From the NCBI GenBank assembly GCA_016875795.1, contig VGOU01000003.1, forward strand, positions 1-38,924: a stretch of DNA of 38,924 nucleotides, written 5' to 3'. A program made the position numbers and the translations under genes. Numbering within the stretch: the first letter of the stretch is position 1; the number at the start of each line of letters is the position of its first letter. The DNA comes from Chloroflexota bacterium (GTDB taxonomy: Bacteria; Chloroflexota; Limnocylindria; P2-11E). The notes beneath the pieces were generated by a model. It saw only the letters and a program-made list of their open reading frames with translations, had not been told where the DNA came from and did no database searches. Below are positions 8,041-20,789 of the stretch, piece after piece.

Positions 8041-8819
8041 ATGACGCCCACGATCGCGGTCACCAACCAGAAGGGCGGCACCGCGAAGACCACCACGGCG
8101 GTGAGCCTCGGATCGGCCCTGGCAGGGCGCGGAGCCCGCGTCCTCCTCGTCGACGCCGACCCTCAGGCGAACGCGACGAGCGCGCTCGGGTTCGCCAAGG
8201 ACCGATCCACCGACCTGCACGCCGTCCTGCTCCAGGACGTCCCGGCCGAGCGGGCGATCGTCCCCACCGCGGTGGAGCGACTCGCCCTCCTCCCTTCGTC
8301 GCTCGACATGGCAGCCGCAGAGGTGGAGCTCGTCCCCGTCCTAGCTCGAGAATTCAGATTGCGCGTATCTTTATCACGGCTATCCGGCTATGACGCCATC
8401 CTCATCGACTGCCCGCCGTCGCTCGGCCTGCTCACCATCAACGCCCTCGCCGCGGCGACGCACGCCGTCGTCCCGGTGCAGTGCGAATACCTCGCGCTCG
8501 AAGGGCTCGCGCAGCTGGTGAACACGATCGAGGCCGTCCGCGCGCGCCTCAACCCGCAGCTCGCGATCCTCGCGATCCTCCTCACGATGGAGGACAGGCG
8601 GAATCGCCTCTCGCTGCAGGTGGCGGACGAGGTGACGCGGCACTTCCCGGACCTCGTCGCGCGCACGCGCATCCCGCGCTCGGTCCGACTCGCGGAGGCG
8701 CCGAGCCACGGCAAGCCTATCGACGTGTACGACCCGACGTCGCGCGCGACCAGGGCGTACGCCGAGTTCGCCGCCGAGGTGCAGGCACGCCTCGTGACAG
8801 CGGCGGCGGCGGTGGCCTC

Positions 8820-8823
<4 letters not shown>
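8041..8823 (+). CDS. parA: Chromosome partitioning ATPase ParA/Soj
   Basis: NQKGGTAKTT deviant Walker A, DADPQANAT, IDCPPSLG, PVQCEYLALEGL, RLAEAPSHGKP. Confidence 0.96.
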
Positions 8824-11773
<2,950 letters not shown>

Positions 11774-11858
11774 TGCCCGATCTCGATCGGGGCAGAGCCC
11801 CTCGCCCGACCCGCGTGCTCGGCCGCGTCCGCGCTCGGTCTGCGCGCGCGGGGGACGG

Positions 11859-12389
11859 TTGAGCGTGGCGAGGCTTTCGCAGCTCGGCGTCGACTTCGAC
11901 CACTGGTGCTTCGCCTGCGGGCGGCGCAACCCCGCGGGCATGCATCTCGACTTCGACGTCGCGCGCCACAGCGCCGAGACGACCTACGTCGGACAGCAGC
12001 GGCACCAGGGGTACGAGGGAACGCTGCACGGTGGGGTCGTCGCCGCGCTGCTCGATGAGACGATGGGCTGGGCGATCTTCCACCAGGGCATCTGGGGTGT
12101 GACCGCGAAGCTCGACGTCACCTACCGGCGGCCCGTCCCGGTGGGGGAGGAGCTGCGCGTGCGCGCCGAGGTCGTGCGCGACCGCGGGCGCGCCATCGAG
12201 CTGCACGGGACGGTCGCGCGCGCCTCCGACGGTGAGGTGCTCGCCGAGGCCGCCGGCCTGTTCCTGCGCATGCCCGACGAGCGCCGCGCGGAGCTCGAGC
12301 GGCGCTACTCGGCGGCGAAGGACGCGTTCGAGCGGGTGCGCGAGGCGGTCGCGGCCCAGGAAGCGGGAATGGAGCATGGCCGGACATGA
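11859..12389 (+). CDS. PaaI/hotdog-fold thioesterase
   Basis: [11 protein letters not shown] and [19 protein letters not shown] motifs. Start may instead be GTG 11865. ATGA overlap with gyrA. Confidence 0.88.
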   Translation: MSVARLSQLGVDFDHWCFACGRRNPAGMHLDFDVARHSAETTYVGQQRHQGYEGTLHGGVVAALLDETMGWAIFHQGIWGVTAKLDVTYRRPVPVGEELRVRAEVVRDRGRAIELHGTVARASDGEVLAEAAGLFLRMPDERRAELERRYSAAKDAFERVREAVAAQEAGMEHGRT

Positions 12390-15367
12390 TCGACCGCGGC
12401 GGGAACGAGCGCATCATCGGCGTCGATCTCCAGGTGGAGATGCGGCAGGCCTATCTCGACTACTCGATGAGCGTCATCGTCGCGCGCGCCCTCCCCGACG
12501 TGCGCGACGGGCTCAAGCCGGTGCAGCGCCGGATCCTCTACGCGATGAGCCAGCTCGGCCTGCGCCCGGACCGTCCGTTCCTCAAGTCCGCGAAGGTCGT
12601 GGGCGAGACGATGGGGAACTACCACCCCCACGGCGAGGCGCCCATCTACGACGCGCTCGTGCGCATGGCCCAGGACTTCTCGGTGCGCTATCCGCTCGTC
12701 ACCGGCCAGGGGAACTTCGGCTGCTTCGCCGGCGACACCAGGGTCGAGCTCACGAACGGGGACCAGAAGACCTTCCTCGAGCTCATCGACATGGTCCGCC
12801 ACGGCCTGCGCGGCGACATCTTCACCATCGACCAGCACCGCAACGTCCGCCTGAAGCCGGTGCGCGCGCCGCGCCTGGTGCGCCGGAGCGACCCCGTGGT
12901 GAAGGTCACCCTCTCGAACGCCAACGCGGTGACGTGCACCCTCGACCACCGCTTCATGCTGCGCGACGGCACCTACCGCGAGGCCCAGGCGCTGCGGCCG
13001 AAGGACCAGCTCATGCCCTTCGCGCGGACGGCGATCCCCGAGCGCCTCCACCGCACCGGGGCCTTCCCCGTGCCGGCGAGCCTGCAGGTCCGCGTCGAGA
13101 AGGTCGAGCCCGCCGGCAAGGCCGACGTCTACGACCTCACCGTCGACATCACGCAGAACTTCGCGCTCTCGGCCGGCGTCTTCGTGCACAACTCCATCGA
13201 CGACGACCCGCCGGCGGCCCAGCGCTACACCGAATGCCGCCTCGCCCCGATCGCGCTGGAGCTGCTCGCGGACCTCGAGAAGGAGACCGTCGACTGGCGC
13301 CCGAACTACGACGGGCGGGAGCGCGAGCCGGCCTACCTACCGGCGCGCCTGCCGAACCTCATCGTCAACGGGTCGTCGGGCATCGCCGTGGGCATGGCCA
13401 CGAACATCCCCTCGCACAACCTGCGCGAGGTCGTCGAGGCGACGAAGCGCCTGATCGACGACCCCGAGCTCACCATCGACGACCTCGCCGAGACCATCCT
13501 CGGGCCCGACTTCCCGGGCGGCGGGACGGTGTACCGCTTCGAGGAGCAGCGCAACGTCGAGACCGGCAAGGCCGAGAAGGTCGACGCCATCCGCCGCGCC
13601 TACGCGACCGGCCGCGGGCGGGTGCTCATGCGCGCGAAGGCGCACCTCGAGGAGGTCCGCGGGAACCGCACGGCGGTCATCGTCACCGAGCTGCCGTACG
13701 CGGTGAACAAGGCCGCGCTCATCGAGAAGATCGCCGAGCTCGTCCAGGCGAAGAAGCTCGCGGGGATCTCCGACCTGCGCGACGAGAGCGACCGCGAGGG
13801 CATGCGCATCCACATCGAGGTGAAGCGGGACGACGACCCGCAGCGCGTCCTGAACGCGCTCTACAAGCACACGGCCATGCAGTCGGCGTTCAACTTCAAC
13901 ATGCTCGCGATCGTCGACGGCCAGCCGCGCACGCTGTCGCTGAAGGACGTCCTCCAGCACCACGTCGACCACCGGCGCGACGTCATCAAGCGGCGCACCG
14001 AGTTCGACCTCGCGCGCGCGAAGGAGCGCGCGCACATCCTCGAGGGCTTCAAGATCGCGCTCGACGCCATCGACGAGGTCATCAAGACGATCCGCGCGAG
14101 CAAGACGCCCGAGACCGCGCTCGAGGGCCTGCAGCGCAAGTTCAAGCTCTCCGAGGCCCAGGCGCGCGCGATCCTCGAGATGCAGCTGCGCCGCCTCACC
14201 GGCCTCGAGCGCTCCAAGATCGAGGAGGAGTACGAGGCGACGATCAAGCTCATCGCCGAGCTCGAGTCGATCCTGGCCTCGCCGCGCAGGGTCCTCGGGC
14301 TCATCAAGAAGGACCTCGACGAGCTCGCCGAGAGGTTCGGCGACGAGCGGCGCACGAAGGTCGTCGACGACACGGTCCGCGAGCTGTCGGACGAGGACCT
14401 CGTCGCCGACGAGGACGTCGTCATCACCGTCTCGAGCCGCAACTACGTGAAGCGGATCCCGCTCTCGACGTACCGCGCGCAGCACCGCGGTGGCCGCGGC
14501 GTCATCGGCATGCAGACGCGCGACGAGGACGACGTCGAGCACCTCCTCGTCGCGAGCACCCACGACCGCATGCTCGTGTTCACCGACCGCGGACGCGTGT
14601 TCGCGCTGAAGGCCCACGAGCTGCCGGACGCGAGCCGCACGGCGAAGGGCACGCCGATCCAGAACATCCTCGAGGCGATGCAGCCGGGCGAACGCGTCTC
14701 CGCGCTCGTCGCGCTGCGCGAGCCCAGCGGCGCCGAGCACCTCGTCATGGCGACGCGCAGGGGCTTCGTGAAGAAGACGCCGCTCGCCGAATACGCGAAC
14801 ATGCGGCGCGCCGGGCTCATCGCCATCGCGCTGCGCAAGGGCGACGAGCTCGCGTGGGTCGCGCCGTGCACCGACAGGGACGCCATCCTCCTCGCGACGA
14901 AGAAGGGCAAGGGCATCACCTTCAAGGCCACCGACGCGCGGCCGATGGGCCGTCCGACGCAGGGCGTCACGGGGATCCGCCTGCGCAAGGGCGACGAGGT
15001 CATCGGCATGGGCATCGTCCGCCCGCGTACGCAGGCCCTCTCGGTCACCGAGCGCGGATTCGGCAAGCGCACCGACGTCGAGGAGTTCCCGGTGCAGGGC
15101 CGCGGCGGCCAGGGCGTCATCCTCGCGGCGATCAGCGAGAAGACCGGCGACGTGGCCGCGGCGGAGATGGTCGACGAGGCGACCCAGGAGATCCTGCTCA
15201 TCACCACCACGGGCGTCGTCATCCGCACCCCCCTCGACCAGATCCGACCGCTCTCGCGCGCGACGCAGGGCGTGAAGGTGATGGCTACGGGTGATGCGTC
15301 GATCGCGTCCATCGCCACCTTCGGCGGCACCCGCGCCTCGCAGACGGAGCTGAAGCTCAAGGGCTAG
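12386..15367 (+). CDS. gyrA: DNA gyrase subunit A, intein-containing
   Basis: [27 protein letters not shown] (catalytic Tyr), GyrA-box QHRGGRG, C-terminal pinwheel repeats. Confidence 0.97.
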   Translation: MIDRGGNERIIGVDLQVEMRQAYLDYSMSVIVARALPDVRDGLKPVQRRILYAMSQLGLRPDRPFLKSAKVVGETMGNYHPHGEAPIYDALVRMAQDFSVRYPLVTGQGNFGCFAGDTRVELTNGDQKTFLELIDMVRHGLRGDIFTIDQHRNVRLKPVRAPRLVRRSDPVVKVTLSNANAVTCTLDHRFMLRDGTYREAQALRPKDQLMPFARTAIPERLHRTGAFPVPASLQVRVEKVEPAGKADVYDLTVDITQNFALSAGVFVHNSIDDDPPAAQRYTECRLAPIALELLADLEKETVDWRPNYDGREREPAYLPARLPNLIVNGSSGIAVGMATNIPSHNLREVVEATKRLIDDPELTIDDLAETILGPDFPGGGTVYRFEEQRNVETGKAEKVDAIRRAYATGRGRVLMRAKAHLEEVRGNRTAVIVTELPYAVNKAALIEKIAELVQAKKLAGISDLRDESDREGMRIHIEVKRDDDPQRVLNALYKHTAMQSAFNFNMLAIVDGQPRTLSLKDVLQHHVDHRRDVIKRRTEFDLARAKERAHILEGFKIALDAIDEVIKTIRASKTPETALEGLQRKFKLSEAQARAILEMQLRRLTGLERSKIEEEYEATIKLIAELESILASPRRVLGLIKKDLDELAERFGDERRTKVVDDTVRELSDEDLVADEDVVITVSSRNYVKRIPLSTYRAQHRGGRGVIGMQTRDEDDVEHLLVASTHDRMLVFTDRGRVFALKAHELPDASRTAKGTPIQNILEAMQPGERVSALVALREPSGAEHLVMATRRGFVKKTPLAEYANMRRAGLIAIALRKGDELAWVAPCTDRDAILLATKKGKGITFKATDARPMGRPTQGVTGIRLRKGDEVIGMGIVRPRTQALSVTERGFGKRTDVEEFPVQGRGGQGVILAAISEKTGDVAAAEMVDEATQEILLITTTGVVIRTPLDQIRPLSRATQGVKVMATGDASIASIATFGGTRASQTELKLKG
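12722..13192 (+). mobile_element. Mini-intein (157 aa, no homing endonuclease) in GyrA
   Basis: Interrupts the conserved GNFG|SID. Block A CFAGDTRV, block B TLDHRF, block F VYDLTV, block G FVHN, +1 Ser. Confidence 0.95.
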
Positions 15368-15520
15368 GGCGTCCGCCAGGCGTACACCCGCTGGGCCGTC
15401 GCGCGCGGGTCCTAGTACCGCCGGACGCACCGCGAGGGCTCGCCCGGCGTTGTCCCCGGCGGGCCTGCGCTGGTACGGTGCCCCGCACCGGAAGGGCGCC
15501 GGCTCCAGGAGAAGGGTGCG

Positions 15521-16201
15521 TTGATCACGCTCGAGGACGTCAGCAAGCGCTACCCCAACGGCACGTACGCGCTGCGCGACATCGACCTGCACATCGGTGC
15601 GGGTGATTTCGTGTTCATCGTCGGCTCCTCGGGCGCCGGCAAGTCCACCCTCAACCGCCTCCTCATCCGCGAGGAGCTGCCCACGAGCGGCCGGGTGGTC
15701 GTCGACGCCCAGGACGTCGCGCGGCTGCCGCGCTCGCGGGTCTCGCTCCTCCGCCGCAAGGTCGGCGTGGTCTTCCAGGACTTCAAGCTCCTTCCCACCA
15801 AGACCGTCCACGAGAACGTCGCGTTCGCGCTCATCGTCACCGGCCACGACGGCCGCGCGGTGCGCGAGCAGACCGAGCGCGCGCTCGCGCTCGTCGGCCT
15901 GCTGCCGCGCCGCCACCACTTCCCGCGCGAGCTCTCGGGCGGCGAGCAGCAGCGCACGGCCATCGCGCGAGCTCTGGCGATGCGCCCCAAGGTGCTCGTC
16001 GCCGACGAGCCGACCGGGAACCTCGATCCGGTCACGACCTGGGAGATCATCAAGCTGCTCGTGCGCGTGAACGAGCTCGGTACGACCGTGCTCGTCGCGA
16101 CGCACAACGCCGAGATCGTGAACGCCCTCCGCCGGCGGGTCGTGCACCTCGACCACGGCCGCGTCATCCGCGACGAGCGCGAAGGGCTCTACGCCGCGTG
16201 A
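15521..16201 (+). CDS. ftsE: Cell division ATP-binding protein FtsE
   Basis: GSSGAGKST, VFQDFKLL, LSGGEQQR, ADEPTGNLDP. Followed by ftsX. Confidence 0.95.
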   Translation: MITLEDVSKRYPNGTYALRDIDLHIGAGDFVFIVGSSGAGKSTLNRLLIREELPTSGRVVVDAQDVARLPRSRVSLLRRKVGVVFQDFKLLPTKTVHENVAFALIVTGHDGRAVREQTERALALVGLLPRRHHFPRELSGGEQQRTAIARALAMRPKVLVADEPTGNLDPVTTWEIIKLLVRVNELGTTVLVATHNAEIVNALRRRVVHLDHGRVIRDEREGLYAA

Positions 16202-17100
16202 CGCGCCTCGCCTACGTCCTCACCGCGGCGTGGCACGGCTTCTCGCGCAACCCGTTCATGAGCGCGGCGTCGACGTTCACCGTCGCGCTCATGCTCGTGC
16301 TCCTCGCGTTCTTCTTCGTCACCGACCGCGGGCTGCAGTCGGCGGTGGGCCTCCTCGAGCAGAAGGTCGAGCTCATCGTCTACCTGCGCGACGACGCGAA
16401 GGTCTCCGAGGTCCTGCAGCTGCGCGCGCGGATCGCGAAGGACCCCGCGGTCTCGCGCGTCGACTACGTCTCGAAGGACGACGCGCTCAAGCGCTTCAAG
16501 GAGCTGAGCGCATCGCGCGCCGACATCGCGCCGGTCGAGGAGATCGGGGTGAACCCGCTGCCGGCGTCCCTCGAGGTCAAGCTCGCGCGCGCCCAGGAGA
16601 GCCGGCGCGTCGCCGAGGAGCTGCGCGCCGAGGCGGGCGGTCCGCTCATCGCGCGGCCCGACGACATCATCGACAACCCCCAGGTCGTCGAGCAGCTCCT
16701 CACCATCACGCGCGTGCTGTCGATCGGCGGCCTCGCCGTCCTCGGGATGATGCTGTTCGTCACGCTCTTCGTGATCGTGAACACGATCCGCATCGCGGTG
16801 CACGCGCGCCGCGACGAGATCGAGATCATGCAGCTCGTCGGCGCGACCGACCGGCTCATCTCGGCGCCCTTCGTGCTCGAGGGCATGCTCGTCGGCGTCG
16901 CGGGCGCGGCCATCGCGCTCGTCGTCATGGTGGCCGCCGCGGGACCGGTGACGAGCTCGCTCATCAAGTTCCTGGACATCCTCCCGGTCTCCCTCGGGGC
17001 GAACTTCATGGTCCAGCTGGCCGCGGGGGTGGCCGCGCTCGCCTTGTTCATGGGCGCGGGCGGGGCCTCGATCTCGATCCGGAGCCACCTCGCCAAGTGA
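16198..17100 (+). CDS. ftsX: Cell division permease FtsX
   Basis: NPLPAS, IVNTIRIAVHARRDEIEIMQLVGAT, PFVLEG motifs. Confidence 0.95.
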   Translation: MTRLAYVLTAAWHGFSRNPFMSAASTFTVALMLVLLAFFFVTDRGLQSAVGLLEQKVELIVYLRDDAKVSEVLQLRARIAKDPAVSRVDYVSKDDALKRFKELSASRADIAPVEEIGVNPLPASLEVKLARAQESRRVAEELRAEAGGPLIARPDDIIDNPQVVEQLLTITRVLSIGGLAVLGMMLFVTLFVIVNTIRIAVHARRDEIEIMQLVGATDRLISAPFVLEGMLVGVAGAAIALVVMVAAAGPVTSSLIKFLDILPVSLGANFMVQLAAGVAALALFMGAGGASISIRSHLAK

Positions 17101-17216
17101 CGCTCCTTCCCTCCGGTCGGCCCGCCCGCGCGGGGCAAGGCTTGACCGCGACCGACCTCGGGCGCGAACATGCGCTCGCGATGGGAGCTCCCCGGTCCGC
17201 GCGCCGGGGAGGTGGG

Positions 17217-18509
17217 GTGCGCCGCTGGCGCGTGCTTCTGGCCGCGCTGGTCATCCTCGCGCTGCTCCCCGCGCAGTCCGTCCCCGTCTCGGCCGACCCC
17301 GAGGACGATGCGCGCCTGGCGCAGCTGGCCCGCGAGAAGCAGGAGCTCGAGCGCGCCATCCAGGTCTCGCGCGCGAACGCCGAGCGCTACCGGCAGGAGG
17401 CGAGCCGCTTCGCGGCGGCGGTGCAGTCGGCGAACTCGCGCATCGCGCAGCTCGCCGCCGAGCAGAACCAGGCGCAGAGCGAGGCCGACGCGCTGCGCAT
17501 CGACATCGCCATCGCCGAGGAGCAGCTCGCGCTCGTCGGCTTCCAGCTGGACGAGACGCAGTCGCTCATCGATTCGCTCACCGCGCAGACCAGCGAACAC
17601 GCCAAGCAGCTCGCGAAGCGCGAGGAGGTCTACGCGGTCCACCTGCGCACCACGTACGTGCAGTCGCGGGTGAGCCCGCTCGAGATGCTGCTGTCGTCGC
17701 GGTCGCTCACCGACTTCGTCGGCCGGGTGCAGGCGCTCATCCTCATCGACCGCCAGGACAAGCAGCTCGTCGGCGAGATGCGGGCGCTCAAGGCCGCGAC
17801 CACGGAGAAGCAGGGCACCGTCGCGCTGAAGCAGCTCGAGATCAAGGGGCTGCAGCAGCAGATCACGGAGCAGCGCGCCTCGCTGCAGAAGAAGAAGACC
17901 GACTTCGAGGAGATCGCGCGCGCGAAGGCCGCGGCCGCGAACGAGACCGACGAGCAGCGGCGCATCGCGGCGCAGAACCAGCGGGCCGCCGCGGGCGCGA
18001 CGCAGCGGGCGAACGCCGAGACGGCCGCGCTGAACCGGCGGCTCGAGCAGACCGAGGCCACGTACACCGCCCTCGCCGCGCAGCTCGCCGCGAGCTCGGG
18101 CCTCGCGGTCTTCACGGGCCGCATGGCGCTGTGGCCGGTCGCCGGCGCCGTCACGTCGAACTTCGGGTACCGCTGGGGCGGCTTCCACAACGGCATGGAC
18201 GTCGCGGCGCCGATGTACACGCCGGTGAAGGCCGGCGCCGCGGGCCAGGTCGTCACCGCGGGCAAGCCGTACCTCGCGTACGGCGACACCGCGACGGTGG
18301 TGATCATCGCGCACGGCTCGAACTTCTCCACGCTGTACGGGCACCTCGACGACCGCGTCCGCCCGCCGGTGGTCCGTGTCGGGCAGTTCGTCACCGCGGG
18401 CACGACGATCGGCTACATCGGCATGACCGGATGGACGAGCGGCCCGCACGTCCACTTCATGACGATCGTGAACGGGCGCGCGGTCGACCCGCGGCCCTAT
18501 CTGCCGTGA
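17217..18509 (+). CDS. Secreted coiled-coil M23 peptidase (EnvC-like position, FtsEX partner)
   Basis: GGAGG RBS with GTG start, signal peptide, long coiled coil, M23 domain with intact HNGMD and HVH zinc motifs. Confidence 0.9.
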   Translation: MRRWRVLLAALVILALLPAQSVPVSADPEDDARLAQLAREKQELERAIQVSRANAERYRQEASRFAAAVQSANSRIAQLAAEQNQAQSEADALRIDIAIAEEQLALVGFQLDETQSLIDSLTAQTSEHAKQLAKREEVYAVHLRTTYVQSRVSPLEMLLSSRSLTDFVGRVQALILIDRQDKQLVGEMRALKAATTEKQGTVALKQLEIKGLQQQITEQRASLQKKKTDFEEIARAKAAAANETDEQRRIAAQNQRAAAGATQRANAETAALNRRLEQTEATYTALAAQLAASSGLAVFTGRMALWPVAGAVTSNFGYRWGGFHNGMDVAAPMYTPVKAGAAGQVVTAGKPYLAYGDTATVVIIAHGSNFSTLYGHLDDRVRPPVVRVGQFVTAGTTIGYIGMTGWTSGPHVHFMTIVNGRAVDPRPYLP

Positions 18510-18619
18510 CGCGCTCGACGACGCTGCTCGGGGTCCTCGTCGTCGCGCTGAGCGTGGTCTTCGCCGCGCTCGCCATCGCCGACGCGGCCACGGTCACGAG
18601 CGCGGCGGGCCCCTTCTAG
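18506..18619 (+). CDS. Small (37 aa) single-TM membrane protein
   Basis: GTGA translational-coupling overlap with the M23 gene. MTRSTTLLGVLVVALSVVFAALAIA... with host-like GC3 codons. Confidence 0.55.
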   Translation: MTRSTTLLGVLVVALSVVFAALAIADAATVTSAAGPF

Positions 18620-18650
18620 CCGCCCCGCCGAGACCGCAACGCCCGTGACG

Positions 18651-18679
18651 TTGACGCGCCCCCGGCCTGGTGCCAGCAT
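18651..18679 (+). promoter_or_regulatory. Putative sigma-A promoter TTGACG-N17-CAGCAT (extended -10 TG)
   Basis: Near-consensus -35, 17-bp spacer, TGn before a one-off TAnnnT hexamer. Confidence 0.55.
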
Positions 18680-18685
18680 GGCCGG

Positions 18686-18846
18686 CGTAGGAAAGGAGGT
18701 GATGTGAAGTGCCGGATGCCAGTGGGAAACCTACGACCCGCGGCGAAGCACTTCAGGACTCCTTGTCACATGAGGTGATCGCGCACTAGCGGGTCGAGGC
18801 GACCCCGGCTGGGAGCGGCGGCAGAGATGCCGCCGCTCCTTCTTTT
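18686..18846 (+). ncRNA. Putative structured small RNA / sORF transcript
   Basis: Lies between a promoter and a terminator. Has GAAAGGAGGTGAT and several complementary pairs, and could encode a 24- or 26-aa peptide. Confidence 0.45.
18811..18846 (+). terminator. Intrinsic terminator
   Basis: GGAGCGGCGGCA-GAGA-TGCCGCCGCTCC hairpin followed by TTCTTTT. Confidence 0.85.
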
Positions 18847-18866
18847 GCGGGTCGTAACCTGCGCCA

Positions 18867-19367
18867 GTGGCCAGGGCGCAGGACAAGGATCCCGACGAGG
18901 CCGCACCGCGCGTGAAGCTCGTGGCGGACAACCGGCGCGCCTTCTTCGACTACGCCATCGACGAGCGCTTCGAGGCGGGACTGGCCCTCACCGGGAGCGA
19001 GATCAAGTCGGTGCGCGAGGGTCGCGTCGACCTGCGCGACGGCTACGCCAAGATCGACAGGGGCGAGGCGTGGCTGCGCAACGTCCGCATCGCGCGCTGG
19101 CCGCAGGCCTCCGCCTGGGAGCCGGACGACCCGATGCGCGTGCGCAAGCTCCTGCTCCACCGCGAGCAGATCGGCCAGCTCGCGGGCGCGGTCTCGCAGC
19201 GCGGCTACACGCTCGTCCCGCTGCGGATGTACATCAAGGGCGGGCGCGCCAAGGTCGAGCTCGGCCTCGCCAGGGGCAAGCGCCGGTACGAGAAGCGGCA
19301 GGTCATCAAGGAGCGCGAGGCCGCGCGCGAGATGGAGGCCGCCGTCCGGCGCCGGGTGAAGGGCTAG
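18867..19367 (+). CDS. smpB: SsrA-binding protein
   Basis: NRRAFFDY, EAGLALTGSEIKSVR, RKLLLH, GKRRYEKR. Confidence 0.97.
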   Translation: MARAQDKDPDEAAPRVKLVADNRRAFFDYAIDERFEAGLALTGSEIKSVREGRVDLRDGYAKIDRGEAWLRNVRIARWPQASAWEPDDPMRVRKLLLHREQIGQLAGAVSQRGYTLVPLRMYIKGGRAKVELGLARGKRRYEKRQVIKEREAAREMEAAVRRRVKG

Positions 19368-20119
19368 GCCGGACGCTCGGCGCGCTCGGCGTCGAAGCGC
19401 CCGTGGAGCTCTACCGGCGCGCGCTTCCGGCGGTAGCGGAGGTTCAGCATCTCGACGAACAGCGAGAACGCCATCGCCGCGTAGATGTAGCCCTTGCCGA
19501 TGTGCTGCCCGGTCCCCTCGGCGACGAGCATCACGCCGATGAGCAGCAGGAACGCGAGCGCGAGGATCTTCACGCTGGGGTGCTCTTCGACGAAGCGGCT
19601 GATGGGGGCCGCCGACGCGAGCATCACGGCGACGGCGATGACCATGGCCGTGACCATCACCCAGACCTCGTTGGCCATGCCCACGGCCGTGATCACCGAG
19701 TCGAGCGAGAACACGATGTCCATCAGCAGGATCTGCCCGATGACCATGGCGAGCGCGCCGCGCGTGGCCCGCGGGACGAGCTCCTCGTGGACCGCCTCGA
19801 GCTTGTCGTAGATCTCCCACGTCGCCTTCGCGATGAGCACGAGACCGCCGCCGAGGAGGATGAGGTCGCGCCCCGAGAGCGGCCGGCCGAACGTGAAGAG
19901 CGGCTGCGTCAGGCTCATCACCCACGAGATCGCGAGGAGCAGCCCGATGCGCATGACCAGGGCGAGCGTGAGCCCCAGGCGCCGGGCGAATGCCGCTTCG
20001 CGCTCGGGGAGGCGTCCGGTGAGGATCGAGATGAAGACGACGTTGTCGATGCCGAGGACGATCTCCATGGCCGTCAGCGTCACCAGCGCGATGAGGACGC
20101 CGCCGAGCTCCTCTGTCAC
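19364..20119 (-). CDS. TerC family membrane protein
   Basis: EIVLGIDNVVFI and DIVFSLDSVITAVG motifs. Confidence 0.93.
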   Translation of the reverse strand: MTEELGGVLIALVTLTAMEIVLGIDNVVFISILTGRLPEREAAFARRLGLTLALVMRIGLLLAISWVMSLTQPLFTFGRPLSGRDLILLGGGLVLIAKATWEIYDKLEAVHEELVPRATRGALAMVIGQILLMDIVFSLDSVITAVGMANEVWVMVTAMVIAVAVMLASAAPISRFVEEHPSVKILALAFLLLIGVMLVAEGTGQHIGKGYIYAAMAFSLFVEMLNLRYRRKRAPVELHGRFDAERAERPA

Positions 20120-20169
20120 CGACCTCGAGGGTAAGGCGCGGCGGGCGTCCGGCCCGCCGCGCCGTCAGA

Positions 20170-20301
20170 TCACTTGGGGCTGAGAGCCAGGATGATGACG
20201 ATGATCGCGAAGGTCACGGCGAAGATCGGCGCGCTCAGGACGAGGAAGACCTGCAGATCCTCGGTCTTCGGCGGCTCGGGCAGCCTGCGGGGCGCGTCCA
20301 T
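20170..20301 (-). CDS. Small (43 aa) membrane protein
   Basis: GAGGGAGGG RBS. MDAPRRLPEPPKTEDLQVFLVLSAPIFAVTFAIIVIILALSPK has a C-terminal TM and host-like codons. Confidence 0.6.
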   Translation of the reverse strand: MDAPRRLPEPPKTEDLQVFLVLSAPIFAVTFAIIVIILALSPK

Positions 20302-20468
20302 CCATCCCTCCCTCGGTCGGTCTCGCCCTGGGCGACCGACGGAGGGCGCGCGTACACCCGGAGGTCGTCGCGTGAGGCCGATCCAGCCTAGGGCACGCCG
20401 GGTGCATCCGTCCATGACGACACCCGGCGCGGGACCGGGAGCTCGCGCGGGCGCTGGCCCTTCCCGGC

Positions 20469-20756
20469 CTAGGAGGCCGCGCTCCCCACGACGACGTTCC
20501 ACGGCCGGATGCGGTGCGAGCGGACCAAGCCGTTCTTCATGTACGGGTCGCCCGCGACGAACCGCTCGATGGGCGCGATGTCCGCGGTCCGCCACACCAG
20601 GACCCCGGTGTCGACCGGATCGGACAGCGCGCCGCCGAGGAGCAGCTCGCCGCGCGCCGCGGCCTCACGCGCCAGGGCGAGGTGCGCCTCGCGGAAAGGA
20701 ACGCGCCGCTCGACCATGCCCTCGACGTAGTCGTAGAAGAGGACGAAGTACTTCAC
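20469..20756 (-). CDS. YciI family protein
   Basis: RxxxREAHL, LLGGAL, DPYxxNGLV, IRPW motifs. Confidence 0.9.
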   Translation of the reverse strand: MKYFVLFYDYVEGMVERRVPFREAHLALAREAAARGELLLGGALSDPVDTGVLVWRTADIAPIERFVAGDPYMKNGLVRSHRIRPWNVVVGSAAS

Positions 20757-20789
20757 GCGGGCGGGATGCTAGCCCGCGGCGCGAGGCTG

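Noticed and set aside
17217-18509. Calling the M23 protein envC
   Set aside because: EnvC has a degenerate M23 site. Here the HxxxD and HxH zinc ligands are intact, so no symbol was given.
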